A stretch of DNA of 17,406 nucleotides from Candidatus Aenigmatarchaeota archaeon. GTDB lineage: Archaea > Aenigmatarchaeota > Aenigmatarchaeia > GW2011-AR5 > JAGGXF01. The stretch spans positions 26,048-43,453 of the forward strand of contig JAOZPR010000004.1 in NCBI GenBank assembly GCA_029932645.1, given 5' to 3'. The translations under genes were made by a program, and so were the position numbers. The notes beneath the pieces were generated by a model. That model did no database searches, was not told where the DNA came from, and saw only the letters and a program-made list of their open reading frames with translations. The first letter of the stretch is position 1. Each line of letters opens with the position of its first letter. This document shows, one piece after another, positions 6,412 through 14,968 of the stretch.

Positions 6412-7023
6412 ATGAAACGAAAAAAGTCCAAAAAAGAAACAAAAGCTGAGGAGAAAGAAACAGAAGAAAAAGATATAGAGAAAGGGACCAAAAAAGACAT
6501 AAAAGCTGTTCTTGAAGAAAATAAAATAATAGTTTGGGATGATTATGAAAATGTTTATGAGCCGGGCTACTATGGAAAAATCATGGACGGTTATCTGGAA
6601 CTGGCTTTTGTGGAAGCGTTGCTGCTTTTGAAGAGAGGGCGAATAAAAGTTTTTGAGGGCAAGAAAGAGTTGGATTTCAAGAAGCTGTTTGAAAAGGCCT
6701 GCGCACTGGACAGAAGACTACCTGAAAGATATCGGGTCTATGAAGAGCTTCGTGAGCGCGGACTTTTGGTAAGAACAGGATTTAAATTTGGCTGTGATTT
6801 CAGGGTCTATGACCGGGGTGTGCAACTCAGGAAAGGGCCAAAAAGTCAGAAGGAACACACGAAATGGATTGTATTCGCTGTACCAGAAGATTATACATGC
6901 TCTTTTCAGGAGTTATCAAGAGCTGTGAGGCTTGCTCATAACATAAGGGCTAAAATGCTTTGGGCTATCGTAGACAATGAAAACGATATCACATACTACC
7001 AGGTCACGAGGCATAAGCCTTGA
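6412..7023 (+). CDS. endA: tRNA-splicing endonuclease, single-unit alpha type, with an atypical active site
   Basis: LELAFVEALLL, RYRVYEELRERG..VRTGFKFGCDFRVY, KEH, RLAHNIR, acidic loop VDNENDITYY and terminal KP. ATG 6412 follows GGTGAT; 6400 is an alternative start. Confidence 0.95.
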   Translation: MKRKKSKKETKAEEKETEEKDIEKGTKKDIKAVLEENKIIVWDDYENVYEPGYYGKIMDGYLELAFVEALLLLKRGRIKVFEGKKELDFKKLFEKACALDRRLPERYRVYEELRERGLLVRTGFKFGCDFRVYDRGVQLRKGPKSQKEHTKWIVFAVPEDYTCSFQELSRAVRLAHNIRAKMLWAIVDNENDITYYQVTRHKP

Positions 7024-7056
7024 TTAGCTTCGCTATTTTGCCTAAATGGTGGTTGG

Positions 7057-8154
7057 ATGCCTGAAAAAGATATTTTTGTGAAAGATGTTCTTGTGAAAAA
7101 TGTTGTCACGTTGGAGCATGATAACACCCTTTCCGAAGCCCTTGGGACTATGAAAAAACATAGTCTTCATCAGCTTCCTGTTATGAAAAAGAAAAAATTT
7201 ATCGGAATGCTCTGTCTCAAAAATGTGATAACGAAAAATGTAGATCCCGAACACACAAAAATAGAGAGCTTAATAATAAAGCCTCCGATAGTAACTAATG
7301 AGCAGAAAATTGAAGATGTTATAGAGCTCTTGCTAAATACCGGGTTAAAGTGTCTGCCTGTCATGAGTAAAAAAATGGGTAAAAACTTAGATGGTGTTGT
7401 GTCTGAAACAGAACTGATAGACTTTGTGGACAAAAGCTGTTGCATTAAGGACCTTGCTTCTGAGCTATTAACTATTTCTGAAAACCAGACCATAGGAAAG
7501 GCGAGAAACATGTTCAGGGAAAAAAATGTTTCAAGATTGCCGGTCGTTGATAACAAGGGCAGACTCATTGGCATTGTGCGTGATATAGACCTGATAAAGG
7601 TCATGGAATCGAAAAAAGAAAAACTTTATGACGAAAAAATTCCAGTGGATAAGCTGTCTGTAAAAACAATTCTAACAAGCCCCATAATGGTGGATGAAAA
7701 AAAGAATGTCGAGGATATCATTCCGCTCATAAAACAACATGGTGAAGTTATAATAACACGTGACGGTCTGCCAACCGGAATAATAACAGCCAAGGACATT
7801 CTGGATCTGATGCGCTTTAAGCCGTCAAAAGAAATCTATGTTGAGATAACCGGATTGAAGGACGAGACAGAGCAAATAAAACTTGATGTAGATAAAGAGA
7901 TAAATAAATTTGTTAAAAAATTTGGCAGGACATTCAAAAATCTCGAATACCTGTTCATTCACGTCGAAAAACTAAGAAAAACTGGAACTAGAACGTATTT
8001 TGATGTGAGAACCAGATTTAAGACACCTCTTGGTATGTTTGTTTCCAGAGCAAAATCGTGGGATATTGTTGCCACTATTGCCAAGGCTCTGGAACGATTG
8101 GAGAAGGGGGTCAGAAAAAAGCATGAAAAAATAGCCGAAAGACACAAAATATAA
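7057..8154 (+). CDS. 4xCBS-domain protein fused to a C-terminal HPF/RaiA (S30AE)-like domain; probable ribosome hibernation factor (Hib-like)
   Basis: CBS motifs HQLPV..FIGML, KCLPV..LDGVVSETEL, SRLPVVD..LIGIVRDIDL and PTGIITAKDIL. The last ~105 aa (YVEITGL...KFVKKF...LFIHVEK...FDVRTRF...FVSRAKSWDIVATIAKALERLEK) follow the beta-alpha-beta-beta-beta-alpha pattern of HPF. Confidence 0.8.
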   Translation: MPEKDIFVKDVLVKNVVTLEHDNTLSEALGTMKKHSLHQLPVMKKKKFIGMLCLKNVITKNVDPEHTKIESLIIKPPIVTNEQKIEDVIELLLNTGLKCLPVMSKKMGKNLDGVVSETELIDFVDKSCCIKDLASELLTISENQTIGKARNMFREKNVSRLPVVDNKGRLIGIVRDIDLIKVMESKKEKLYDEKIPVDKLSVKTILTSPIMVDEKKNVEDIIPLIKQHGEVIITRDGLPTGIITAKDILDLMRFKPSKEIYVEITGLKDETEQIKLDVDKEINKFVKKFGRTFKNLEYLFIHVEKLRKTGTRTYFDVRTRFKTPLGMFVSRAKSWDIVATIAKALERLEKGVRKKHEKIAERHKI

Positions 8155-8212
8155 AGGTTTTTAAGCATTTTCAATAATTAGTTTTTAGTGTTTTGTTTGG
8201 TCAAAAGGAGGT
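8154..8212 (+). promoter_or_regulatory. Putative promoter and strong SD for the histone gene
   Basis: AAAGGTTTTTAAG (BRE/TATA, about 8154-8165) and SD AGGAGGT at 8206-8212, 6 nt before ATG 8219. Confidence 0.65.
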
Positions 8213-8218
8213 AATTAA

Positions 8219-8398
8219 ATGGCAGAAATGTTGGTTGTAAAGAGCAAAGTAAAGGCACTTGTAAAAAAGAAGTACAAGATGGCCTTTGGCGCAGATGCTG
8301 CTACTGAGTTGTCTAAAGAAGTAGGAGCTATGCTTGAGAAGGCTGCTAAAAGAGCAAAGGCAAACAGGAGAAGCACTATCAAAGGAAGAGATATTTAA
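8219..8398 (+). CDS. 59-aa histone-fold protein with truncated alpha-3 (DUF1931 / face-to-face-type-like); absent from the ORF track
   Basis: Manual translation: MAEMLVVKSKVKALVKKKYKMAFGADAATELSKEVGAMLEKAAKRAKANRRSTIKGRDI*. It has the histone signature A..RA....RxTxxxxD at the extreme C-terminus, plus its own SD, promoter and terminator. Confidence 0.92.
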   Translation: MAEMLVVKSKVKALVKKKYKMAFGADAATELSKEVGAMLEKAAKRAKANRRSTIKGRDI

Positions 8399-8405
8399 AC
8401 GACTC

Positions 8406-8443
8406 AAAGGCTCTTATGAGCCTTTTGGCTTTTTCTTTTTTTT
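8406..8443 (+). terminator. Hairpin plus T-tract terminator between the convergent histone and glyS genes
   Basis: AAAGGCTC-TTAT-GAGCCTTT (perfect 8-bp stem, 8406-8425) is followed by TTTTTCTTTTTTTT (8430-8443). Confidence 0.7.
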
Positions 8444-8448
8444 CGATT

Positions 8449-9966
8449 TCACGGCTCGTAAACGACTTTTCCAGCTTTCTCGAAATCTATTTCGTAGCGC
8501 ATGAGCTTGTTTATTGTTTCAATGAGGTCTTTTATCGCAACTCTTATCTGCACGGTCGTGTCCCTGTCCCTGAGCGTGACGGTGTCATCCTGCATGGTCT
8601 GGCTATCTACCGTGACAGCAAAAGCCGTGCCACGCTCGTCCTCTCTTGCATACCTACGGCCTATTGAACCAGACTCATCATAGAATACGACAAAATCTTG
8701 CTTCAGCATGTCTTGAACTTCCCTCGCCTTTTTCGGCATGCCGTCTTTTTTCACCAATGGCAGAACGACAACATCAACTGGTGAAAGGGACCTGGGAAAC
8801 TTCAATATTGTTTGGTCGCGCTCTTCTGAATACGCCATCTCTAACAAAGCATATAGATTACGGTCGATACCAAAGCTCAGCTCAATAACATGTGGTATTA
8901 TCTTCTTCCCGTCTATACTTATACTCATGCTCTCTCTGGAAATCTTTTGATGCCCAGATAGGTCATGGTCTGTTCTATAATGTATTCCTGCGACTTCTTT
9001 GAACCCACCCAAAGAAGCCAAGTCCAGCTCAATATCCCAGTGATATTTATTATAGAATGCCTTCTCTTCTTCTGATAGCTCCTTGAACCTGAATATTTCT
9101 TTGGGTATTTGCATAACGTTCAGATAAAACTGCTGGACCTTTGCCATATAATAAATATAAAACTTCGGCAGGCTCAGTTTTTTGTTCGCGTCTTCACATG
9201 ATATCTCGATAATATTTTTCCTGTCCTTCGTAGTAGTCAGCCTTAGCTTGTAATCTTTTACCTCATCCCATTTCGGATGTTCATTGATTTTATCCGGGTC
9301 AAAAAATATCTGCAGCTCTGCCTGAGAAAATTCTCTCGTTCTTATTAAAAGCTGTCTCGGGCTGACCTCGTTTCTGTATGCCTTGCCGATTATTGCCAAA
9401 CCGAGCGGAATTTTTTTTCTTAAGATTTCGAACATCCGCTTGAAGTTTATGTATGCACCCTGGGCTGTTTCCGGTCTTAGATACGCTCTTGATTCGGAAT
9501 CAGCGCCTATGTCAAGGGGGAACATCATGTTTAGTTCCCCAACCTCGGACAGCTTGCCACCACATTTCGGGCAGCGTATATCATGCTTAATTATTAGTTC
9601 TGTCAAATCCTTCGGAGACATGCCTTCAAAACTCTCCTTTAGCTGCTCCTCGACTAGATGGTCTGCCCGTTCTATGTTTCCGCACTTCTTGCACTTGCAG
9701 AGCGGATCCTGGAATGACTTGAGATGGCCGGACGCTTGAAAAACTTGTTCAGGCATTATGTTAGTTGGAAATATCTCATAGAACATATCGTCAAGGGATA
9801 GAAAAAAGTTGCGCCACGCATTCTCGAATTTGTTTTTCAGCAAAAAACCAAGATGACCATAATCATAGAAACCGCTGAAACCGCCGTATATCTCGGAGGA
9901 TTGCCAAAAGAATCCCCTGCGCTTGGCTAGCTCCTCTATCTTTTCAATGGTTATTTTTTTGGTCAT
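8449..9966 (-). CDS. glyS: Glycine--tRNA ligase (alpha2, archaeal/eukaryotic type)
   Basis: EIYGG..GFYDYG, YLRPETAQG, GKAYRNEVSPR..LIRTREFSQAE, IELSFGIDR, SIGRRYAR.DE anticodon domain and a CxxC...CxxC insert. Confidence 0.97.
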   Translation of the reverse strand: MTKKITIEKIEELAKRRGFFWQSSEIYGGFSGFYDYGHLGFLLKNKFENAWRNFFLSLDDMFYEIFPTNIMPEQVFQASGHLKSFQDPLCKCKKCGNIERADHLVEEQLKESFEGMSPKDLTELIIKHDIRCPKCGGKLSEVGELNMMFPLDIGADSESRAYLRPETAQGAYINFKRMFEILRKKIPLGLAIIGKAYRNEVSPRQLLIRTREFSQAELQIFFDPDKINEHPKWDEVKDYKLRLTTTKDRKNIIEISCEDANKKLSLPKFYIYYMAKVQQFYLNVMQIPKEIFRFKELSEEEKAFYNKYHWDIELDLASLGGFKEVAGIHYRTDHDLSGHQKISRESMSISIDGKKIIPHVIELSFGIDRNLYALLEMAYSEERDQTILKFPRSLSPVDVVVLPLVKKDGMPKKAREVQDMLKQDFVVFYDESGSIGRRYAREDERGTAFAVTVDSQTMQDDTVTLRDRDTTVQIRVAIKDLIETINKLMRYEIDFEKAGKVVYEP

Positions 9967-10090
9967 AATCTAATGTTGAAGGGAAAGGATAAAAAGATTC
10001 GTAATAATAGTTGTTTGTTATATTTTTTATTATATTTAAGTTTATTAAAATCAAGACAAGTCAAAATTGAAGCAAATCGGTGATGTAAAT

Positions 10091-11962
10091 ATGAAAAGAA
10101 GATGTACCCTTGTTTTTGTCTCCTTTGTCCTGGTTTTCTCAGTTCTTGTGTTTGCCCAGTCTGCTGAAATATATATACCAGCTGTCAAGGAAACAGAATA
10201 TGGGTACGAGGGTGTTCTTGCTGGTCTAAATGTGACTGTGCGGCCTGGCACAGGACATGTTTATGTGGATACACTTCCACTAACAAAAATAGATACACAG
10301 GCCTCTGCGCGGCTGGCAAAAGAAGTCACAGAAGAGGTGTTGGAAAAAAATCTGGATAACTATGACTTTTTTTACATCATAAGGAGCGATGCTCCTATAA
10401 TAGGAGGGCCCTCGGCAGGCGGAGCAATGGCTGCTGCAACAATCGCTGCTGTGCTCAATCTCAGTGTGAATAAAAATGTAATAATGACGGGTACAATAAA
10501 TCCGGATGGATCTATAGGACCTGTTGGTGGCATTCTGGAAAAGGCGCAGGCAGCTGCCCAGAAGAATATATCTGTGTTTCTGATACCTTCTGGACAAAGA
10601 ACAATCAGCATTGAAAAAAAGGAAAAAATAGAGATACCTCTTGGTATAAAGATTATCACCAAAACTGAAAAAATCGATATAATAGATTACGCAAAAAAGA
10701 AATGGGGTATGAACATAAAAGAGATAAAAAATGTTGATGAGGCGATTGAGTATTTCACCGCTTACAAAATAAAAAAGGAGATAATAGAGATAAAGTCAAA
10801 CCCTGTGTTGCAGGGCGCTATGAAGAACATGTCTTCTGATTTGTTGGTCTATGTAAAAAACAAACTGGCTGTTGCTAAAGACAAGAAGAAAGACGTGCCC
10901 TACAACTATGAAGATAATATAAACTCTCTGCTAGAGACATCTGAGAAAAGAATAAAAGATGCTGAAAGTCTGTATAAAAAGGGCAACTATTATTCTACAT
11001 CTAGTTATGCGTTTATTGCCTCTATACAGGCGGAGTATGTAAAAAATCTTATTGATCTGCTTAATGCAGATCCGAAGGAAGATTTTTTAGATGACTTAAT
11101 ATCTGAAAAAGAGGATCGAATAGATGATATGAAAATAAAAATCAGGGAACAGGAACCAGACAGCATAACAGATATAGAAATCCTGGCGACTGCTGAAGAA
11201 AGAATAACAGATGCCGAGTCAAATATAAAGGATGCGTGGAAAAACTTCTATAATAAAGATTATCTTGATGCTGTATATTTTCTAAGCTATGCTAGCGAAA
11301 GGGTAAAAACAGCTGATGCCTGGCTTAGCATCGAGAGCAGTTTTAGAGGAAATGGAACTGAACTCGATTTGGAACGTATAAAACCGCTTGTTGAGAGGCG
11401 AATAGAGGATGCGCTATCAGCCATAACCTATGCTCAGACAATAGGAATAAACGCTGATACAAAAAAACTTGAGAAGGCTCAAAAAGAATACGAGGGGTCT
11501 GAATATCAGTCTGCCCTGATAGATGCGATATCAGCAAGGGCAGAGGCAAACCTTCTGATGGAAATAAGAGGACTGGAAAAGAATGAAATAAAAGATAAAG
11601 TAATTGTTGCTGAACAGGATGCTACAAAAGCTATCTATAACTCAGAGGGTCATGGCGCTGTGCCTGTCCTAGCAATAAGCTATCTCGAGTATGCAAAAAC
11701 CTTTGTTGATTCTGAGCCCACAACAGCATTAAAATATTATAAGTATGCAAAGGCGTTTGCAAAGACGTCCGAAGACATCGTGAAAATCTTCAGTGGAGAA
11801 CCAAAAGAAATCAGTAAGAAAAATCTTGTTGAGCCAATAAAGGGCACGAAAGAAAAAGAAAACAGCTATCTGGCTCTGATGTTGCTCGCCGGTATAATTA
11901 TAGGATTTTTCTTTGGTAGGTGCCAAAGCAAGAAAAAAAGATGCAGATTCTCTTTGTTTTAA
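10091..11962 (+). CDS. Secreted, membrane-anchored archaeal S16 (Lon-like, ATPase-less) serine protease
   Basis: Signal-peptide-like start MKRRCTLVFVSFVLVFSVLVFA; Ser-Lys dyad motifs IGGPSAG and MTGTINPDGSIGPVGGILEKA; a long helical region; C-terminal TM YLALMLLAGIIIGFFFG and a basic tail. ATG 10091 follows GGTGAT. Confidence 0.88.
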   Translation: MKRRCTLVFVSFVLVFSVLVFAQSAEIYIPAVKETEYGYEGVLAGLNVTVRPGTGHVYVDTLPLTKIDTQASARLAKEVTEEVLEKNLDNYDFFYIIRSDAPIIGGPSAGGAMAAATIAAVLNLSVNKNVIMTGTINPDGSIGPVGGILEKAQAAAQKNISVFLIPSGQRTISIEKKEKIEIPLGIKIITKTEKIDIIDYAKKKWGMNIKEIKNVDEAIEYFTAYKIKKEIIEIKSNPVLQGAMKNMSSDLLVYVKNKLAVAKDKKKDVPYNYEDNINSLLETSEKRIKDAESLYKKGNYYSTSSYAFIASIQAEYVKNLIDLLNADPKEDFLDDLISEKEDRIDDMKIKIREQEPDSITDIEILATAEERITDAESNIKDAWKNFYNKDYLDAVYFLSYASERVKTADAWLSIESSFRGNGTELDLERIKPLVERRIEDALSAITYAQTIGINADTKKLEKAQKEYEGSEYQSALIDAISARAEANLLMEIRGLEKNEIKDKVIVAEQDATKAIYNSEGHGAVPVLAISYLEYAKTFVDSEPTTALKYYKYAKAFAKTSEDIVKIFSGEPKEISKKNLVEPIKGTKEKENSYLALMLLAGIIIGFFFGRCQSKKKRCRFSLF

Positions 11963-12014
11963 TTTTAAAATTTGATTTTAAAATAATTAAAACTAGTTAA
12001 AATAAGTGATAATC

Positions 12015-13319
12015 ATGTATCGCTTGACAGAAGAGGGTGAACAATACCTGAAAGATGGGTTGCCAGAAGAAAGACTGGCTGAGCTTGCACAAGCCCGTGC
12101 ATTAACAATTGAAGAGGCAGCAAAGCATATAGATAACTTTTCAATTGCCCTCGCATGGGGAAAAAAGAAAAATCTTATCAAAATAGAAGAGAATAAAATA
12201 ATTTTTATAAAATCGGGTAACAACGAGGAGCTAAAAAGCCTGGAAAAAGTAAAAAATGGCGAGGATTTAGATAAGGCTTCCGTCAATCGGTTGTTGAAAA
12301 GGAAGTTGATAAGAGAAGAAAGGGAAGATATTGACAAGCAGGCTGAAAAACAGCTGAGCTACATCTCCGGAAAAAACAGGCCTAGTGAGAAGGATATTAA
12401 ATCAAAAAGCAAAATAGACCGGTCTGACACGCCTATCACGCCGCAATTGATTAAAACTGGGTTGTGGAAAAAAATTGATTTAGGATTGCGACCAGTAAAT
12501 ATTCCGAAAAAATTAGATTATGTTTCAGGAAAGCAGCACATCATAACCACTTATATAGAAAAAATCAGGAAAATTTTTATCGAGCTTGGATTTACAGAAT
12601 TGGCAGGGCCGTTTGTTGAATCAAGCTTCTGGAACTTTGACGCCTTGTACCAGCCTCAGGACCACCCTGCACGGGATATGGCAGACACGTTCTTTTTGAA
12701 AAACCCATCGGTAGCGAGACTTCCTGATAAAAAAATCGTCGAGAAAGTCAAGGCCATGCACGAACATGGTGGTGATGTCTCAACAGGGTGGGGCTACAGC
12801 TGGTCCAGCGAAATCGCAAAACAGCTCGTGCTCCGTACGCATACAACATCTGTGTCAGCCAGGCAACTCGCCAAAACAAGTGGGCCTGGAAAATTCTTCT
12901 GTATAGGAAGGGTGTTTAGGAATGAAACAATAGATTTTAAACACCTTCCTGAGTTCACACAGATAGATGGTATTGTTGTTGATAAGGATGTTGGATTCAA
13001 AGACTTGCTGGGATATCTGAAAGAATTTTACAAAAGGCTCGGCTTCAAAAAAATAAGGTTTAGGCCGGCCTATTTCCCGTATACAGAAATGTCTGTGGAA
13101 CCAGAAGTCTACTTCGAAGAGAAAGACGAGTGGCTGGAACTTGGTGGTGCTGGCATATTTAGACCAGAGGTAACAAAACCATTGGGTATAGAATATCCGG
13201 TTCTCGCCTGGGGGTTGAGTCTTGAAAGACCAATAATGATGAGACTCGGATTAAAGGACATAAGAACTTTTTACTATATGAACGACTTGAAATTCCTGAA
13301 GGCTGTGGAGATAGATTAA
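12015..13319 (+). CDS. pheS: Phenylalanine--tRNA ligase alpha subunit
   Basis: FWNFDALYQPQDHPARDMADTF, VLRTHTT, RVFRNE..D..HLPEF, YFPYTE.S.E, ELGGAGIFRPE and AWGLSLER. The start is ATG 12015 or GTG 12006. Confidence 0.97.
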   Translation: MYRLTEEGEQYLKDGLPEERLAELAQARALTIEEAAKHIDNFSIALAWGKKKNLIKIEENKIIFIKSGNNEELKSLEKVKNGEDLDKASVNRLLKRKLIREEREDIDKQAEKQLSYISGKNRPSEKDIKSKSKIDRSDTPITPQLIKTGLWKKIDLGLRPVNIPKKLDYVSGKQHIITTYIEKIRKIFIELGFTELAGPFVESSFWNFDALYQPQDHPARDMADTFFLKNPSVARLPDKKIVEKVKAMHEHGGDVSTGWGYSWSSEIAKQLVLRTHTTSVSARQLAKTSGPGKFFCIGRVFRNETIDFKHLPEFTQIDGIVVDKDVGFKDLLGYLKEFYKRLGFKKIRFRPAYFPYTEMSVEPEVYFEEKDEWLELGGAGIFRPEVTKPLGIEYPVLAWGLSLERPIMMRLGLKDIRTFYYMNDLKFLKAVEID

Positions 13320-13320
13320 A

Positions 13321-14955
13321 ATGGCAGTAATTGAAATAAGCAGGAAGGATCTGGAAACACTTGTCGGAAAAAAACTTGGAGACAAAGAGCTGAAAGAAAA
13401 AATACCAATGATAGGAGCGCCTCTTGAGGCACTAATGAAAGATACTGTCCAGTATGAAATATTTCCGAACAGGCCTGATATGCTAAGTGTGGAAGGGTTT
13501 GCACGGGCTGTGAAGACTTTTTTAGGTGTAGAAAAAGAGCCGCGTGTTTATGAAGCGTCTGAAAGCGGTATAACCCTTTTTGTCGAGGATTCTGTGAAAT
13601 CTGTCAGGCCATATATAGCCTGTGCTGTTATAAAAAATATAACACTGACAGACGATGTCATAAAATCCCTTATGCAGACCCAGGAAAAGATTCATCAGAC
13701 TCTTGGAAGAAAAAGAAAAAAGGTTGCCATAGGAATTCACAATATTGGCGCTGTGAAACAACCATTCTATTACAAGGCTGTAAAACCCGAAGAAACAAGA
13801 TTTATTCCCCTTGATATGAAAAAAGAGCTTAATCTCGGGGAAATATTGAAAGAACACCCGAAAGGAATCAAATATGCAAGCATTCTGGAAGGAAAAGAAA
13901 GATATCCAATAATTCTTGACAAAAACGGCAACGTTCTGAGCTTCCCTCCGATAATAAACGGTGAGCTGACAAAGGTCACGAGCGATGTGAATAATCTATT
14001 CATAGATGTTACGGGAACAGACGAAAAGGCTGTTAATATCGCCCTTAATATTCTCGTGACGAGCCTGGCAGACCGCGGAGGAAAAATAGAAAGCGTCAAA
14101 ATTTTGAAAGGAAAAAAAGAAAAAAAGACGCCGTGCCTTGAATATAAAGAAATGAAGCTGGACATGTCCTATGTCATAAAACTTCTTGATATAGATATAA
14201 ATGAAGAAAAAATAAAGACGCTTCTGCAAAAAATGGGATTCGGTTATAAAAATGGTCTCGTGCAAGTCCCACCATACCGAGCAGACATTATGCACCAGAT
14301 AGACCTTGTGGAAGATATTGCAATAGCATACGGATATGAAAACTTTGAACCAAAAATACCTGTCAGCGGAAAAGGAAAAGGGCTAGAAAGGCAAAAGACA
14401 ATTAAAAAAATAAAAAATTCTATGATAGAACTTGGGTTTCAGGAAGTCGTTAACCTAATACTGACAAATGAAGAAAACGAATTTAGTAAAATGGGTCTGA
14501 AACCGAATAATTTTGTGAAGACAAAAAATCCCCTGACAACAGAGTGCACAATATGCAGAAAGAAGCTAATTCCGTCATTGCTCAATGTTCTAAGCCACAA
14601 CAAGCACAGAAAATATCCGCAAAAAATATTTGAGCTCGGATATGTTGTGGCCACAGACAATAGCGCAGAAACAGGAACAAAAGATGAGCTAATTTTGTCT
14701 GCTGCTATATCTGATGATGTGATTAATTACGGTGATATTGTTCTTATCCTCGATGAACTCATGAAAAAACTTGGGATAGGATATCAACTGAAAAAAGAGA
14801 AGCATCCTTCATTCCTGAAAGAAAGGTGCAGTAAAATTATTATAAGAGGAAACCCCGGAATGAGCGGAATAGTAGGAGTAATACATCCAGATGTTCTGAA
14901 AAACTTCTCCATAGAAAAGCCTACTATGGCTTTCGAAATCTTGTGGTCATTATAA
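13321..14955 (+). CDS. pheT: Phenylalanine--tRNA ligase beta subunit (archaeal type)
   Basis: NRPDMLSVEGFARA, QEKIH...GRKRKKVAIGIH, VLSFPPIING, VPPYRADIMH.IDLVEDIAIAYGY and G.IHPDVL.NF; directly follows pheS. Confidence 0.97.
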   Translation: MAVIEISRKDLETLVGKKLGDKELKEKIPMIGAPLEALMKDTVQYEIFPNRPDMLSVEGFARAVKTFLGVEKEPRVYEASESGITLFVEDSVKSVRPYIACAVIKNITLTDDVIKSLMQTQEKIHQTLGRKRKKVAIGIHNIGAVKQPFYYKAVKPEETRFIPLDMKKELNLGEILKEHPKGIKYASILEGKERYPIILDKNGNVLSFPPIINGELTKVTSDVNNLFIDVTGTDEKAVNIALNILVTSLADRGGKIESVKILKGKKEKKTPCLEYKEMKLDMSYVIKLLDIDINEEKIKTLLQKMGFGYKNGLVQVPPYRADIMHQIDLVEDIAIAYGYENFEPKIPVSGKGKGLERQKTIKKIKNSMIELGFQEVVNLILTNEENEFSKMGLKPNNFVKTKNPLTTECTICRKKLIPSLLNVLSHNKHRKYPQKIFELGYVVATDNSAETGTKDELILSAAISDDVINYGDIVLILDELMKKLGIGYQLKKEKHPSFLKERCSKIIIRGNPGMSGIVGVIHPDVLKNFSIEKPTMAFEILWSL

Positions 14956-14968
14956 TTGTGTGATAACT

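Noticed and set aside
8201..8407. 68-aa - strand ORF
   Set aside because: It is the antisense shadow of the + strand histone gene, which has the SD, promoter and recognisable motif.
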